Source: Candidatus Caldarchaeum sp. (GTDB lineage Archaea > Thermoproteota > Nitrososphaeria_A > Caldarchaeales > Caldarchaeaceae). From it: a stretch of DNA of 64,000 bases. The translations under genes and the position numbers were made by a program. Location: assembly GCA_038885755.1 (NCBI GenBank), contig JAVZZH010000002.1, positions 32,001 to 96,000 on the forward strand, written 5' to 3'. This document shows, piece by piece, positions 29,519 to 38,650 of the stretch (within the stretch, counting starts at the first letter, position 1; the number at the start of each line of letters is the position of its first letter). The notes beneath the pieces are model-generated. The model made no database searches. It saw nothing but the letters and a program-made list of their open reading frames with translations, and was not told where the DNA came from.

Positions 29519-29752
29519 TTAGGTGCTTACAACCAGCATGGTCAGCGTTGACCTCACTTTCTCAAGCCGGCGGATGCTCCACGAAACGATCTCCTTCAGC
29601 TTCTCCATCGAATCCGCCTCAACCTTGGCCACGATGTCGTAAACGCCGTAGACCACGTACGCCTCCTTGATGTAGGAGATCTTCTTGAGCTCGTTCACAA
29701 CCTCTTCCTCGGCGCCTATCTCGGTGTTGATTAGGACGAATGCAGACGGCAT
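29519..29752 (-). CDS. Stand-alone Lrp/AsnC ligand-binding (RAM) domain protein
   Basis: AFVLINTEIG.EEEV, VYGVYDIVAKVEA, IRRLEKVRSTLT. Confidence 0.9.
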   Translation of the reverse strand: MPSAFVLINTEIGAEEEVVNELKKISYIKEAYVVYGVYDIVAKVEADSMEKLKEIVSWSIRRLEKVRSTLTMLVVST

Positions 29753-29803
29753 CTAACCTCGCTTTATCAACGCAGCACCTGTATTTAAATAATCTGGGAA
29801 GTT

Positions 29804-30925
29804 TCACCCGTAGATCTTTGTGAACAGCTTCAAGCCAGCCCTAGCTCCGAGGAACATGCCTGCGGCGTACATCCATCCCTCGGGCCTCAGCGTCGCGACA
29901 GAAGCCCAGAACCCCGAGACGTTGCATCCCACAGCTATCCAGACGGCTACGCCCATGAACAAGCCTGCGGCAAACCCCACGGCCATGTCGCCGGGCCTTC
30001 CACCACGGTAGCAGCCGAAGCCGCCAGACGTCGTCGACCCCAGCATCGCCCCCACTACGAGGGCTATGACGAGCAGGAGAAGCGGGTCGTTGAACGGCTC
30101 CCTCAAACCCCATCTGACGGCCCAAGCAACTTCCTCGACGTCCACCAACGGGGAGGCCGTCCAGAGAGCTAGCCTTGCAAGTGGAAGCTGGACGGAGAGC
30201 GACGAGTAGAAAGCGAACTGGGCGATGAAGACAGCCGCCATCACCAGCCCTCCCAGCCAAGTAGGCCACCAGCCTGTCTTGAAGACGAGCCTCAACCCTG
30301 ACACGAATGTGCTGAAGCCGGGCAGGTTGAGACTTCCTCCACGCCGCTGGAGAATGGCTAGGAGAATAGCTATCAGGCTGATGTTTAGCGCCAGTCCTCC
30401 TAAAGGTCCGATGGCTTGGTATAAGCTGAAGCCCCTGCCCAAGTCTACGAAAGGCTCGACAAAACCCCACACGAAGAAAGCGCCCACGAAGTTGCCGACG
30501 AGGATCCCGGCGAGTGATGACAAAGCCTTCGCCTGCCCAGCTCCGAACCTATACATAACCCCGGTTATGCATCCTCCAGCAAACGGCATGGCGAGGCCAA
30601 AAAGAAACGAGCCGACCAAGATGTGGGGCCCCACCGGTATTGCAGGCGGTGCGTTGAGCCCATGCAACAAGATGAAGGCAGAGCCGATGCTGGCTACAGC
30701 CATGCTCAACAGTATAGCCGTCATTATCTGGGAGTCGCCGTAGAAGGCTGTTGCGAAGCATATCCTAGACTTGTAGATGGCGTAGCCGTACATGAGGCCG
30801 AAGACTATGAAGAACGCATGCTGCACATATCCGGCGGCAAGGTAGACGGCGACGGAGGCCAGAACAACTACGAGAATCGCCGAGGATGTTAGCTTCTGTT
30901 CAACGCCGGCCTGCAGGGCCTTCAT
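29804..30925 (-). CDS. YeeE/YedE-family sulfur-compound (thiosulfate) transporter
   Basis: Multi-TM protein with conserved Cys motifs SRICFAT, AGGCITG and GCNV. Confidence 0.88.
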   Translation of the reverse strand: MKALQAGVEQKLTSSAILVVVLASVAVYLAAGYVQHAFFIVFGLMYGYAIYKSRICFATAFYGDSQIMTAILLSMAVASIGSAFILLHGLNAPPAIPVGPHILVGSFLFGLAMPFAGGCITGVMYRFGAGQAKALSSLAGILVGNFVGAFFVWGFVEPFVDLGRGFSLYQAIGPLGGLALNISLIAILLAILQRRGGSLNLPGFSTFVSGLRLVFKTGWWPTWLGGLVMAAVFIAQFAFYSSLSVQLPLARLALWTASPLVDVEEVAWAVRWGLREPFNDPLLLLVIALVVGAMLGSTTSGGFGCYRGGRPGDMAVGFAAGLFMGVAVWIAVGCNVSGFWASVATLRPEGWMYAAGMFLGARAGLKLFTKIYG

Positions 30926-31344
30926 GACCGGCCACCCGCCTCAACGACCACTTTTCCACGCATCCATGGATGGGGGGAGCATCGGTAGCCGTACCTACCC
31001 GGCTGCGTGAAGGTGTAGGCGAAGCTCTCGCCGGTCTCGAGGAGCTTGGACTTGAAAGTCTTGATGCAGCCCTGCTCGTTGTACATGCATGGCTCGTGGG
31101 TTACGTCGTGGACTGTGATGTCCTCGTTGACCCAGACGACTGTGTTGTTCACCCCCAACACCACCCTTACCGTGGGAGGGTCGTAGGTTGTTGAGGCATC
31201 CTCACGGTAGGAGCCCAGCCTTATGAACACCGTCGTTGAGCCCGGCTCGCCGCGATTCTCTCCGCCAAGCCCGTACAAAAACGTGTAGAACAACAGAGCC
31301 GAGGCAGCCACGGCGACGACAGCCAAAAAAGTCTTCATGAACAA
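30922..31344 (-). CDS. Membrane-anchored cupredoxin (plastocyanin/azurin-like blue copper protein)
   Basis: N-terminal TM, VWVNED..HDVT, type 1 Cu ligands YRCSPHPWM. Confidence 0.9.
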   Translation of the reverse strand: MFMKTFLAVVAVAASALLFYTFLYGLGGENRGEPGSTTVFIRLGSYREDASTTYDPPTVRVVLGVNNTVVWVNEDITVHDVTHEPCMYNEQGCIKTFKSKLLETGESFAYTFTQPGRYGYRCSPHPWMRGKVVVEAGGRS

Positions 31345-32114
31345 GTCCCCACATAGAACAGCATCTTCTCAGTCGCAACCACTTGCATGCTCAGCCTTCC
31401 AGCCGACTGCCCACCCTCAACCACTAGGTAGACGTCGTCAAAGTTATCCGACTCTATCGTGAGGCTTCCAGAGCCCCTGATACAGTTCGATGCTTTACAC
31501 AGGTCTGAAAGCTGTTTTCTCGCCCTGCTGTAGGCGAGGAAGTCGCTCGACTCCACAACGGCCACGGCTCCGTCGCCTTCAGCCGTTAGATGAAGCTTGG
31601 TTCCGGGTATGAACTGGTACACTGGCATGGCGAAGCCTGAATGCGGTGAGACGACGGCTTCGAACGAGTTTCTGACAACCTCCCGGCCCGACCTCAGAGC
31701 TTTGGTTGCGTCGTCGACCGTCCCAGCCTCCACACGGAGCTTCACTTCTCCGGCTTCACGCTGCTTGACCAAGACAAGGTAGAGGCCTCCTGTCTGAGAA
31801 GGAATCGCGTATGTCAGCTTTTTGAGTGAATTGAACGCTGTAGCCGATTTGGGTGTCGAGCCGCTGGCCTTGTACGCCTCCGCTTCCCGCCCCGCCATTA
31901 TGTACAGGTCGCTCAGCCCGCTGGTCTCCAGCCCAACCACATACCTGTCTCCCGGCTTGAGAACAAGCTCCACAACCCTCTCCTCTCCAGCCTCCATCCA
32001 AGCCGCAAACCCCTCCAACCCCGCCTCAGAGCCGGGCCCCAGAACAACCTGAGCTAGGGCCAGCGCCAACAGCGTTGACGAGAAAAGGACGGGAACGTAC
32101 CTCAGCAGCGTCAT
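31335..32114 (-). CDS. Secreted/membrane-anchored hypothetical protein
   Basis: Hydrophobic N-terminus and beta-rich repeats; tightly packed in the fccB operon (4-nt gap upstream, 10-nt overlap downstream). Confidence 0.7.
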   Translation of the reverse strand: MTLLRYVPVLFSSTLLALALAQVVLGPGSEAGLEGFAAWMEAGEERVVELVLKPGDRYVVGLETSGLSDLYIMAGREAEAYKASGSTPKSATAFNSLKKLTYAIPSQTGGLYLVLVKQREAGEVKLRVEAGTVDDATKALRSGREVVRNSFEAVVSPHSGFAMPVYQFIPGTKLHLTAEGDGAVAVVESSDFLAYSRARKQLSDLCKASNCIRGSGSLTIESDNFDDVYLVVEGGQSAGRLSMQVVATEKMLFYVGTCS

Positions 32115-32118
32115 CTCT

Positions 32119-33474
32119 TCAGCCGTAGAGGCTCAGCAGCAGGGACTTCTCCCAAGCCTGCCTCCTACCGAAGTTCTCCTCAGTCGGCTGCCCCACCTTC
32201 GGAAAGCCTTGGACAACCCTTCCTTCAGCGTCCCATTCAACCTCGATCACCGACAGCTGCCTTTTGTTGACGTAGCTCCAGCAGATGTTGTACACAGACA
32301 CCTTCTCAGGCGGCGAGACTCCAAGCTGCTCGGCTATGAGCTCGGCCAGCCTTCTCCCAGACCTCTGCGCAACGTAGGCCGACTTGGTGTAAGGCGAGGC
32401 CACAGCGTCCCCCAAGCCGAAGACGTCGTCATAGCTTCTGGACCTGAAAGTCGACGGGTTTATGTCCATGTACCGTGCTCCGAGCCCCGCTTTACGTATG
32501 AAGCCGGGGGCGACGTTCGGCGGCAGCAGCGAGAGAAGGTTGAACTTGACACGCTCACCCTTGTCGGAGACCAGCTCGGAGGCATCGGCGTCAACCTCGA
32601 CGACCTTGAAGTTGGGCCTGTAGTCGATTCCAAGCTTGTTCATCTCGTCTGCGAAGATCTTCGCCTTTGCTGGAGGCTGTGGGTTTGCGTTGGCGTCCAG
32701 CACTATGAAGTTGACCTTGTCTATCTTGCCGAGCTCCCTCAAGTACTCGTGGCTGAGTAGGGCTACTTCGTAGGGTGCTGGAGGGCATTTGTAGGGCGCT
32801 GGAGGGACGGTGAAGACGACGTTGCCTCCTGCGAGTTTGCGGAGCTCCGACCGGAGCTGCACAGCCAGAGCAGGGTCCCATGCGTGGAGGTTTTTCACTT
32901 TCTCGAGCCCCGGTATCTCCCAAGTCGCCAGCTCTATGCCGGGAGAAAGAACGAGCAAGTCGTACTGGGTGGAGCCGTAGTTGGTTTGGACAAGCCGCTC
33001 AGCCGGGTCTATCGCCACCACGTTGGCGTTGACCAGCCTAACCCTTTCTCCCACAACCCTGTCGAAGTAAACAACAGCATCCTTCAACTCCTTAATCCCG
33101 CCGACGAGGTCGACGTGGCTGGGGCCTGAAACCCAGAAGCTGTTCCGGTCTATTATCGTCACGTTAACGTTCTTGACTAGGTCCGTTAATCTTCTGGCGA
33201 ACTGCACGCCAGCAGGCCCTCCTCCAACCACGACGACGTTAGCCGACCCCGACAACCTCCATGTAAAGTCGCCCGCCGGCACCCTCGCAGCCTGCCGCAA
33301 CACGGTCTCCGTCCTCGTCAACGTCTGAGTCTGCGTAGAGGTTTTCTCAAGGGTCCGTGGGAAGGCTTGCGAGCCCGCTGCCAGGCCTACGACCAAGCTG
33401 GCGGCTGCGGCTATTCCTGTTGTCAGGAAGGACCTTCTTGATGTTTGTTTAGGCTGGGTCATTTCTTTATTCAC
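32119..33474 (-). CDS. fccB: Tat-exported flavocytochrome c sulfide dehydrogenase flavoprotein (FccB/SoxF family)
   Basis: SRRSFL Tat signal, VVVGGGPAG FAD motif, YKCPPAPYE, GLGDA, YNICWS second redox Cys. Confidence 0.85.
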   Translation of the reverse strand: MNKEMTQPKQTSRRSFLTTGIAAAASLVVGLAAGSQAFPRTLEKTSTQTQTLTRTETVLRQAARVPAGDFTWRLSGSANVVVVGGGPAGVQFARRLTDLVKNVNVTIIDRNSFWVSGPSHVDLVGGIKELKDAVVYFDRVVGERVRLVNANVVAIDPAERLVQTNYGSTQYDLLVLSPGIELATWEIPGLEKVKNLHAWDPALAVQLRSELRKLAGGNVVFTVPPAPYKCPPAPYEVALLSHEYLRELGKIDKVNFIVLDANANPQPPAKAKIFADEMNKLGIDYRPNFKVVEVDADASELVSDKGERVKFNLLSLLPPNVAPGFIRKAGLGARYMDINPSTFRSRSYDDVFGLGDAVASPYTKSAYVAQRSGRRLAELIAEQLGVSPPEKVSVYNICWSYVNKRQLSVIEVEWDAEGRVVQGFPKVGQPTEENFGRRQAWEKSLLLSLYG

Positions 33475-33613
33475 CTTAGCTTATTCTAGAGAAATATCTG
33501 GCTAATAAACTGTTGCGTTCATTGAGGAAGAAAATACTAAAAATACTATGAACCACAGCCTCCAGAGACCGCTCCTCATCTATAAATAACACAGACATCG
33601 GAAAAACACGAAA

Positions 33614-34315
33614 ATGGCCCAGCAAGCCGAGACCCCGACAGTGCAGCCGAACTCCTACGTCCTCGTAGACTACACCATAAAGGTCAAGGACACAGACGAG
33701 CTCGTCGACACAACAGCCGAGGAAGAAGCCAAGAAAACAGGCGTCTTCGACGCATCCAAGACATACGAGCCGAGGCTCGTGATAGTCGGGAAGGGGATTC
33801 TGCTCAAAGCCGTCGAGGACGAGCTGTTAGGCATGAAGCCGGGCGAGAAGAAAACCTTCGAGATAACGCCCGACAAGGCCTTCGGGCCGAGAGACCCGGC
33901 GAAGGTGAGGACTATACCACTTCGGAGGTTCAAGGATGCGGAGGGCTCGTTGAGAGTCGGCAGCGTCGTCAACGTCGAGGGCAGGGAGGGAGTCGTCAGA
34001 GCAATCGGCTCCGGCAGGGTTCAGGTCGACTTCAACCACTACTTGGCGGGCAAGACTCTGGTCTGCAGCGTTGAGGTCAAGTCCATACTACACGACGAGC
34101 TGGAGAAAGCGAAGAGCTTGATTCACAGCAGGATACCCGACATCCCCGTCGACAAGTTTGAGATCACGCTGGCTCCTCCAGAGGCAAGGATAAAAATACC
34201 CGAGGAAGCTTTCCTCATTCCAGGCCTTCAGGTAAGTAAGAGAGGCTTGGCCAGAGAGTTGAAGGAAGCCGTCAAAGGTCTCGAGAAAGTTGTCTTCGTC
34301 GAAGAATATGTCTGA
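33614..34315 (+). CDS. slyD: FKBP-type peptidyl-prolyl isomerase (long archaeal SlyD-like)
   Basis: VDYTIK, DTT.EE.AK, PDKAFG.RDP, GRVQVDFNHYLAGK; TATAAATA at 33581. Confidence 0.92.
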   Translation: MAQQAETPTVQPNSYVLVDYTIKVKDTDELVDTTAEEEAKKTGVFDASKTYEPRLVIVGKGILLKAVEDELLGMKPGEKKTFEITPDKAFGPRDPAKVRTIPLRRFKDAEGSLRVGSVVNVEGREGVVRAIGSGRVQVDFNHYLAGKTLVCSVEVKSILHDELEKAKSLIHSRIPDIPVDKFEITLAPPEARIKIPEEAFLIPGLQVSKRGLARELKEAVKGLEKVVFVEEYV

Positions 34316-34631
34316 TGAATAGGAAGATGTAAAGCATTTGCAGAACGCTGCCGGCCACAAACAAGGCCGACTCCCAGACTCTTCCAGCCATTACGAACTG
34401 TAAGTGTGCAGGAGCTGGAACGGAGACGAGGAGGACGACAACCGCCAGAGCCAATCCAAGCCAGTAGCCGGCAGGCCTTCCGGCGAACACCATAAGAGTG
34501 GCGGCTGCAAAACCAGCCAGCCCCACGCACAAGGCAGTGAACAACCAAGACGGCACAACACCCAAAACCGTGTAAACAAGCACAGACCCAAGCAACGTGC
34601 TAGCTAGGAGAAGAAACCGCAACAGGATCAA
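34272..34631 (-). CDS. Small multi-pass membrane hypothetical protein
   Basis: Four hydrophobic segments; TATA-like sequence upstream on the minus strand. Confidence 0.6.
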   Translation of the reverse strand: MILLRFLLLASTLLGSVLVYTVLGVVPSWLFTALCVGLAGFAAATLMVFAGRPAGYWLGLALAVVVLLVSVPAPAHLQFVMAGRVWESALFVAGSVLQMLYIFLFIRHILRRRQLSRDL

Positions 34632-34676
34632 CCCACAGCATAATCGACGATTCAGATATTTATAGTCGAGTCAGAT

Positions 34677-35011
34677 TCAGATATCGTAGTAACGCAATAA
34701 CGCAGTTAGGAGCCTGTGGGCCAGCGTCTCTGCGTATGCTGCTTTGAGCACGTCGTCCTCGAAGGCTTTGGCGTCAACCATGTAGACCCTGTGGCCGTTG
34801 CTCCGCAGCACCCTGACACCCTGCCTAAGCCTTCTGAGAACCACGTGGAGCTCGGAGGTCTTCCCTAAATGGATGTAGAAGGCGGCCTCAACACCTTCAG
34901 CGGCTCCTCGGCCGGTCAAAACATCGTCAAGCCTTGGCAGCGACACCGTCTCTCGATACAGCAAGCCGTGGAAAAAGTGTTTCTCCCACGCCAATACGAT
35001 TAAATGGAGGC
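34677..35011 (-). CDS. Hypothetical protein or gene remnant at island border
   Basis: 3' part of the 188-aa ORF looks coding (VLRRLRQGVRVLRSNGHRVYMVDAKAFEDDVLK); start and family not recognised. Confidence 0.3.
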
Positions 35012-35266
35012 ATGAGAAGGGCTCAAGAAGACGCACGCATACTGAACATAATAGGGTGTATGCTAGGCAAGCCTGACTGAACATGCTATTTCTGAAAAGA
35101 CATATTATGAAGAGGGGAAAATAGGGGAGGTTTGGCTGGAGGCCAACCAGCAAGAACAACACCAGAGAAACCCATGAAAGGCCGGCTGTTAAATATCTGG
35201 TCAAATGCGGGGACATCGCCCGCATAGTAATATGGATTGTCATACCGGCCTCATGGGTTTTTTCTA

Positions 35267-35427
35267 TGTTGTAAAAATAATTTTCGTCGGCTTGTTAAAG
35301 CCTCTTCCGGCGAAGACTGATAGGATGACCGAATAATCTCTATAAATTTGTTTTAGACTATATGAGCCGGCGTCTGAAAATCGCGGATATGTGTGCCGAG
35401 GCTGTTGTAAAAATAATTTTCGTCGGC
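35267..35427 (+). repeat. Exact 25-bp direct repeat (35267-35291 and 35403-35427)
   Basis: TGTTGTAAAAATAATTTTCGTCGGC occurs twice, 136 bp apart; the second copy is within the moaD-like gene. Confidence 0.9.
35295..35351 (+). repeat. 57-bp block, copy 1 (promoter region of the moaD-aor-oah-had-dch operon)
   Basis: TTAAAGCCTCTTCCGGCGAAGACTGATAGGATGACCGAATAATCTCTATAAATTTGT; 52/57 identical to 42503-42559. Confidence 0.88.
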
Positions 35428-35811
35428 CCTTTACGGACTGCTTTCGGCAGCAGGGAGCTGACCCTCGCTGCAAGGGAGGGGGAGTCCGTCCGCCAGCTGC
35501 TCGTGAGGGTTGCGAGCGGGGCTGGCGGCAGGGGGGTTGAATATCTTTTGGATGAAAACCCAGAGCAGCTCGTCGTCTCTGTCGACGGAGAAGTGGTTAG
35601 AGACTTGGACAGGAAGCTTAGAGGCGGAGAAACCATCATATTGACTCCTGCTCTGTCAGGCGGCTCAAGCTACTCGGTGAGATGCTTAAACTGCTCGGCT
35701 AGAATACCTGTCCAGCAAGGGGTTTCGGAAGCGACCTGTAATAGCTGCGGCACAAGCTACACCATCACCTGGATATCTCCAACACAGCCGAAGATAAGAA
35801 GGGTTGTGTAA
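35362..35811 (+). CDS. MoaD/SAMP ubiquitin-like protein with internal di-Gly, fused to a C-terminal Zn ribbon
   Basis: VKIIFVGPLRTAFG...VVSVDGE...TPALSGG followed by CLNC-x15-CNSC; start 35362 or 35389. Confidence 0.82.
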   Translation: MSRRLKIADMCAEAVVKIIFVGPLRTAFGSRELTLAAREGESVRQLLVRVASGAGGRGVEYLLDENPEQLVVSVDGEVVRDLDRKLRGGETIILTPALSGGSSYSVRCLNCSARIPVQQGVSEATCNSCGTSYTITWISPTQPKIRRVV

Positions 35812-35813
35812 AC

Positions 35814-37703
35814 ATGAAACCCGGCCAGCTCGTGGCATATGTAGACCTGAGCCGAAAAAAGACGTCTGTAGAGCCTGTGCCGGAGCATTGGAGAAAACAT
35901 TTCTTAGGCGGCAGGGGCGTTAACACATACCTTCTCAGCACAATGATTGACGAACGCACAGACCCCCTAGGGCCGGAGAACCCGCTGATAGTAGGGGTGG
36001 GCTTGCTCACAGGGATTTCGGCGCTCGGCTCCGGTAGATGCAATATCTCAGCCCGTTCTCCGCTGACGGGCGCATTGGGCGACAGCAACATAGGCGGTCT
36101 CTTCGCAGCGACAATGCGTAGGACAGGTATAGACTTCTTAGTTGTGTCAGGCAGGGCTGAGAAACCAGTCAGAATACATCTTCACGATAGGAAGGTCATG
36201 ATAGTTGACGGCAGAGACCTTTGGGGCTTAGACTCTTTCGAAGCACAGGAAGAGATTAGAAAGGCAGAGGGTGGAGCCGTCCAGTCTCTGGTCATAGGAC
36301 AGGCAGGCGAAAACCTTGTCAGGTATGCATGTGTGAGAACTGGGAGGAAAAGCTCAGCCGGCAGAACCGGGATGGGCGCGGTTATGGGAAGCAAGAACCT
36401 TAAAGCCATCTCAGCCGTGGGAGACAGGCCGATAGAATGGTATGACACGGCGGCACTTCAAAGGTTTTGCAGAGAATTGATCGATAAAATCATGTCGACG
36501 AAATGGGCTAGGGCTCAATCGGTGCACGGGACAGCCGCCATATTCAACTATACATATCATACGGGGCTGCTTAGGGTTAGAAACTTCCAGACACAGGCGC
36601 TCCTCGACGTCGGAACGCTTGAGCCTGAGAACATCGAGCCATACAAAACAGGGATGTCTGGATGCTCCGCATGCAGCATCAAATGCAGACATGTCTATGA
36701 ACTTGATGATGGGCCCTATCCTCACAAAGGTGAGGGTCCTGAGTACAGCCAGATAGGAAGCTTCGGAACAATGGTTGGAATAAACAGGATTGAAGCAGTG
36801 ATGAACGCCTCATACCTCTGCAACAAATATGGGCTAGACACGATAGAGGTAGGCAACATGATCGCGTGGATTATGGAGCTTTACGAGAAAAACCTCATAC
36901 CCAAAAACCTGCTCGGCGACTTGAAACCGGAGTGGGGTAGTGAGGAGGCGGTTTACAGACTTGTAGAAATGATAGCTCTGCGTCAGGGTTTGGGCGACAT
37001 CCTCGCCGAGGGGATGAAAACAGCTATAACAATACTCGGCCAGGAAACAAGTCGCTACGCCCTCCACATAAAAGGCATGGGAATACTTCTCTCCGACGAC
37101 AGGCCCGTACCCAGCTTCGCCCTCGGGCTTGCTACAGCCACAAGGGGGGCAGACCATTTAAGAAGCAGGCCAGCCGTGGACCTGTACGGGCTGCCTAAAG
37201 AGCTTCTCACCAGCCTCTACGAAGGTGAGGTATCAACAGATTACACAGAGTATGAGGGTAAGAGTAGGATGGTCTGGTGGCATGAGCTCCAGTATGCTGT
37301 GGGTGATTCGCTGGGGCTTTGCAGGTTTCAGATGAAGTTTATCTCAGTCCACGCGCCTTCGTATGATGAGTGGGTAGAGTTGATAAAATATGCGACTGGG
37401 ATGGAAACCTCTAAACATGAGTTGATGATGACGGGCGAAAGGATACTGGCTGTTGAGAGGATGCTGAACAACAGGCTTGGCTTCAGCAGGAAAGACGACA
37501 CACTTCCTGAACGCTACTACATTGAACCAACAGTGGCTGGGATGCCAAAAACCAGAGGTAGAAAGATAGATAGGCAGAAGTTCGAGCAAATGCTTGATGA
37601 ATACTACAGTCTCCATGGCTGGGATGAAAACGGTGTTCCCAAAAGAGAGACGCTTGAAAGGCTCGGCCTCGTCGAACACCCTATCTATTCACAAGGTGTG
37701 TGA
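35814..37703 (+). CDS. aor: Tungsten-dependent aldehyde:ferredoxin oxidoreductase family
   Basis: FLGGRG, SPLTG, GQAGENLV, GRTGMGAVMGSKNLKA, CSACSIKC, EGPEY, GLDTI, RGADH, DDTLPER. Confidence 0.92.
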   Translation: MKPGQLVAYVDLSRKKTSVEPVPEHWRKHFLGGRGVNTYLLSTMIDERTDPLGPENPLIVGVGLLTGISALGSGRCNISARSPLTGALGDSNIGGLFAATMRRTGIDFLVVSGRAEKPVRIHLHDRKVMIVDGRDLWGLDSFEAQEEIRKAEGGAVQSLVIGQAGENLVRYACVRTGRKSSAGRTGMGAVMGSKNLKAISAVGDRPIEWYDTAALQRFCRELIDKIMSTKWARAQSVHGTAAIFNYTYHTGLLRVRNFQTQALLDVGTLEPENIEPYKTGMSGCSACSIKCRHVYELDDGPYPHKGEGPEYSQIGSFGTMVGINRIEAVMNASYLCNKYGLDTIEVGNMIAWIMELYEKNLIPKNLLGDLKPEWGSEEAVYRLVEMIALRQGLGDILAEGMKTAITILGQETSRYALHIKGMGILLSDDRPVPSFALGLATATRGADHLRSRPAVDLYGLPKELLTSLYEGEVSTDYTEYEGKSRMVWWHELQYAVGDSLGLCRFQMKFISVHAPSYDEWVELIKYATGMETSKHELMMTGERILAVERMLNNRLGFSRKDDTLPERYYIEPTVAGMPKTRGRKIDRQKFEQMLDEYYSLHGWDENGVPKRETLERLGLVEHPIYSQGV

Positions 37704-38644
37704 AAATGTCCGCAAAAGAGTATAAAGATATAGTCTACGACAGAAACTACCATACACATACTGCGCTTATTCAGATAAACAGGCCTGACGAATACAACTC
37801 CTACCTCCTCACTACTTTAAAGGAGATGATAGACGCTTTTGAAGACGCGATGTGGGATGATAACATACAGTTCATCGTTCTGTCAGGGGCTGGTGAGAAA
37901 GCCTTCTGCACGGGAGGCAACATCGGAGAGTACGCCGATATCTACAGCAAAAAGCCGTCAGACTGGTGGAAGTGGGGCGAGGTATACGGAAGGTTCCTAG
38001 ACATAATTCTCCACTGCGGCAAACCTGTCATCGCAAGAGTTAACGGCATGGTGGCTGGCGGCGGTTTCGAGTTTGTAGCCGCCTCCGACCTCGCCATAGC
38101 AGCACAGCATGCGAAGTTTCTCTCACCCGGGCCAAGGGTTGGAATGACCTCTATAGGCGGTCTTTCCCAGTGGCTTCCGCTCCACATAGGTCTGAAGAGA
38201 ACGGCTCAGCTCGTTATGACGAGCGAAGAGATAACGGCTCAAAAAGCTCTAGAATGGGGGATAGTGAACGACGTGGTGCCCCTCGAAAAGCTCGACGAAA
38301 GAGTTAAACAGCTTATAGACGTAATGCTCGACCTCTCCCCAACCAGCCTCCACTACTTCAAAGTACATCTAAACTGGTGGCGTGACCTTGTCTGGAAGCT
38401 CACATGGGAGCATGCTAAGGAATTCTTCTCACTGAACATCGGCGGCATCGAACCCGTGGAAGGGCTTCACGCCTTCAAAGAAAAGAGGAAGAGACGTTAC
38501 AGAGAAGTGAGAGACGACCTGGCTAAAGGCGTGGATCCAAGATACCCGCACGGCCCCTACATGCTTACGTGTAAAACATGCAACGCCAGATACCTGCCCC
38601 TCAACTCTGTTTACTGTCTAAAATGCGGGAGCAGGCTTGGGTGA
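37700..38644 (+). CDS. oah: 6-oxocyclohex-1-ene-1-carbonyl-CoA hydrolase (ring-opening; Oah/BamA/BzdY)
   Basis: NRP.EYNSY, KAFCTGGN..EYA..Y, KPVIARVNGM.AGGG, GPRVG; C-terminal PY..TC..C.A..LP....YC..CG typical of Oah. Confidence 0.85.
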   Translation: MKMSAKEYKDIVYDRNYHTHTALIQINRPDEYNSYLLTTLKEMIDAFEDAMWDDNIQFIVLSGAGEKAFCTGGNIGEYADIYSKKPSDWWKWGEVYGRFLDIILHCGKPVIARVNGMVAGGGFEFVAASDLAIAAQHAKFLSPGPRVGMTSIGGLSQWLPLHIGLKRTAQLVMTSEEITAQKALEWGIVNDVVPLEKLDERVKQLIDVMLDLSPTSLHYFKVHLNWWRDLVWKLTWEHAKEFFSLNIGGIEPVEGLHAFKEKRKRRYREVRDDLAKGVDPRYPHGPYMLTCKTCNARYLPLNSVYCLKCGSRLG

Positions 38645-38650
38645 GAGCGT

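Noticed and set aside
35267-35427. 25-bp direct repeat as a mini CRISPR or att site
   Set aside because: Only two copies, a 111-bp spacer, one copy is coding sequence, and no cas, integrase or tRNA is nearby.
35814-37703. AOR-family gene as BamB (class II, tungsten benzoyl-CoA reductase)
   Set aside because: It has AOR-type EGPEY and RGADH motifs rather than BamB-like sequence, no BamC-I partners are present, and a class I BCR is already encoded.
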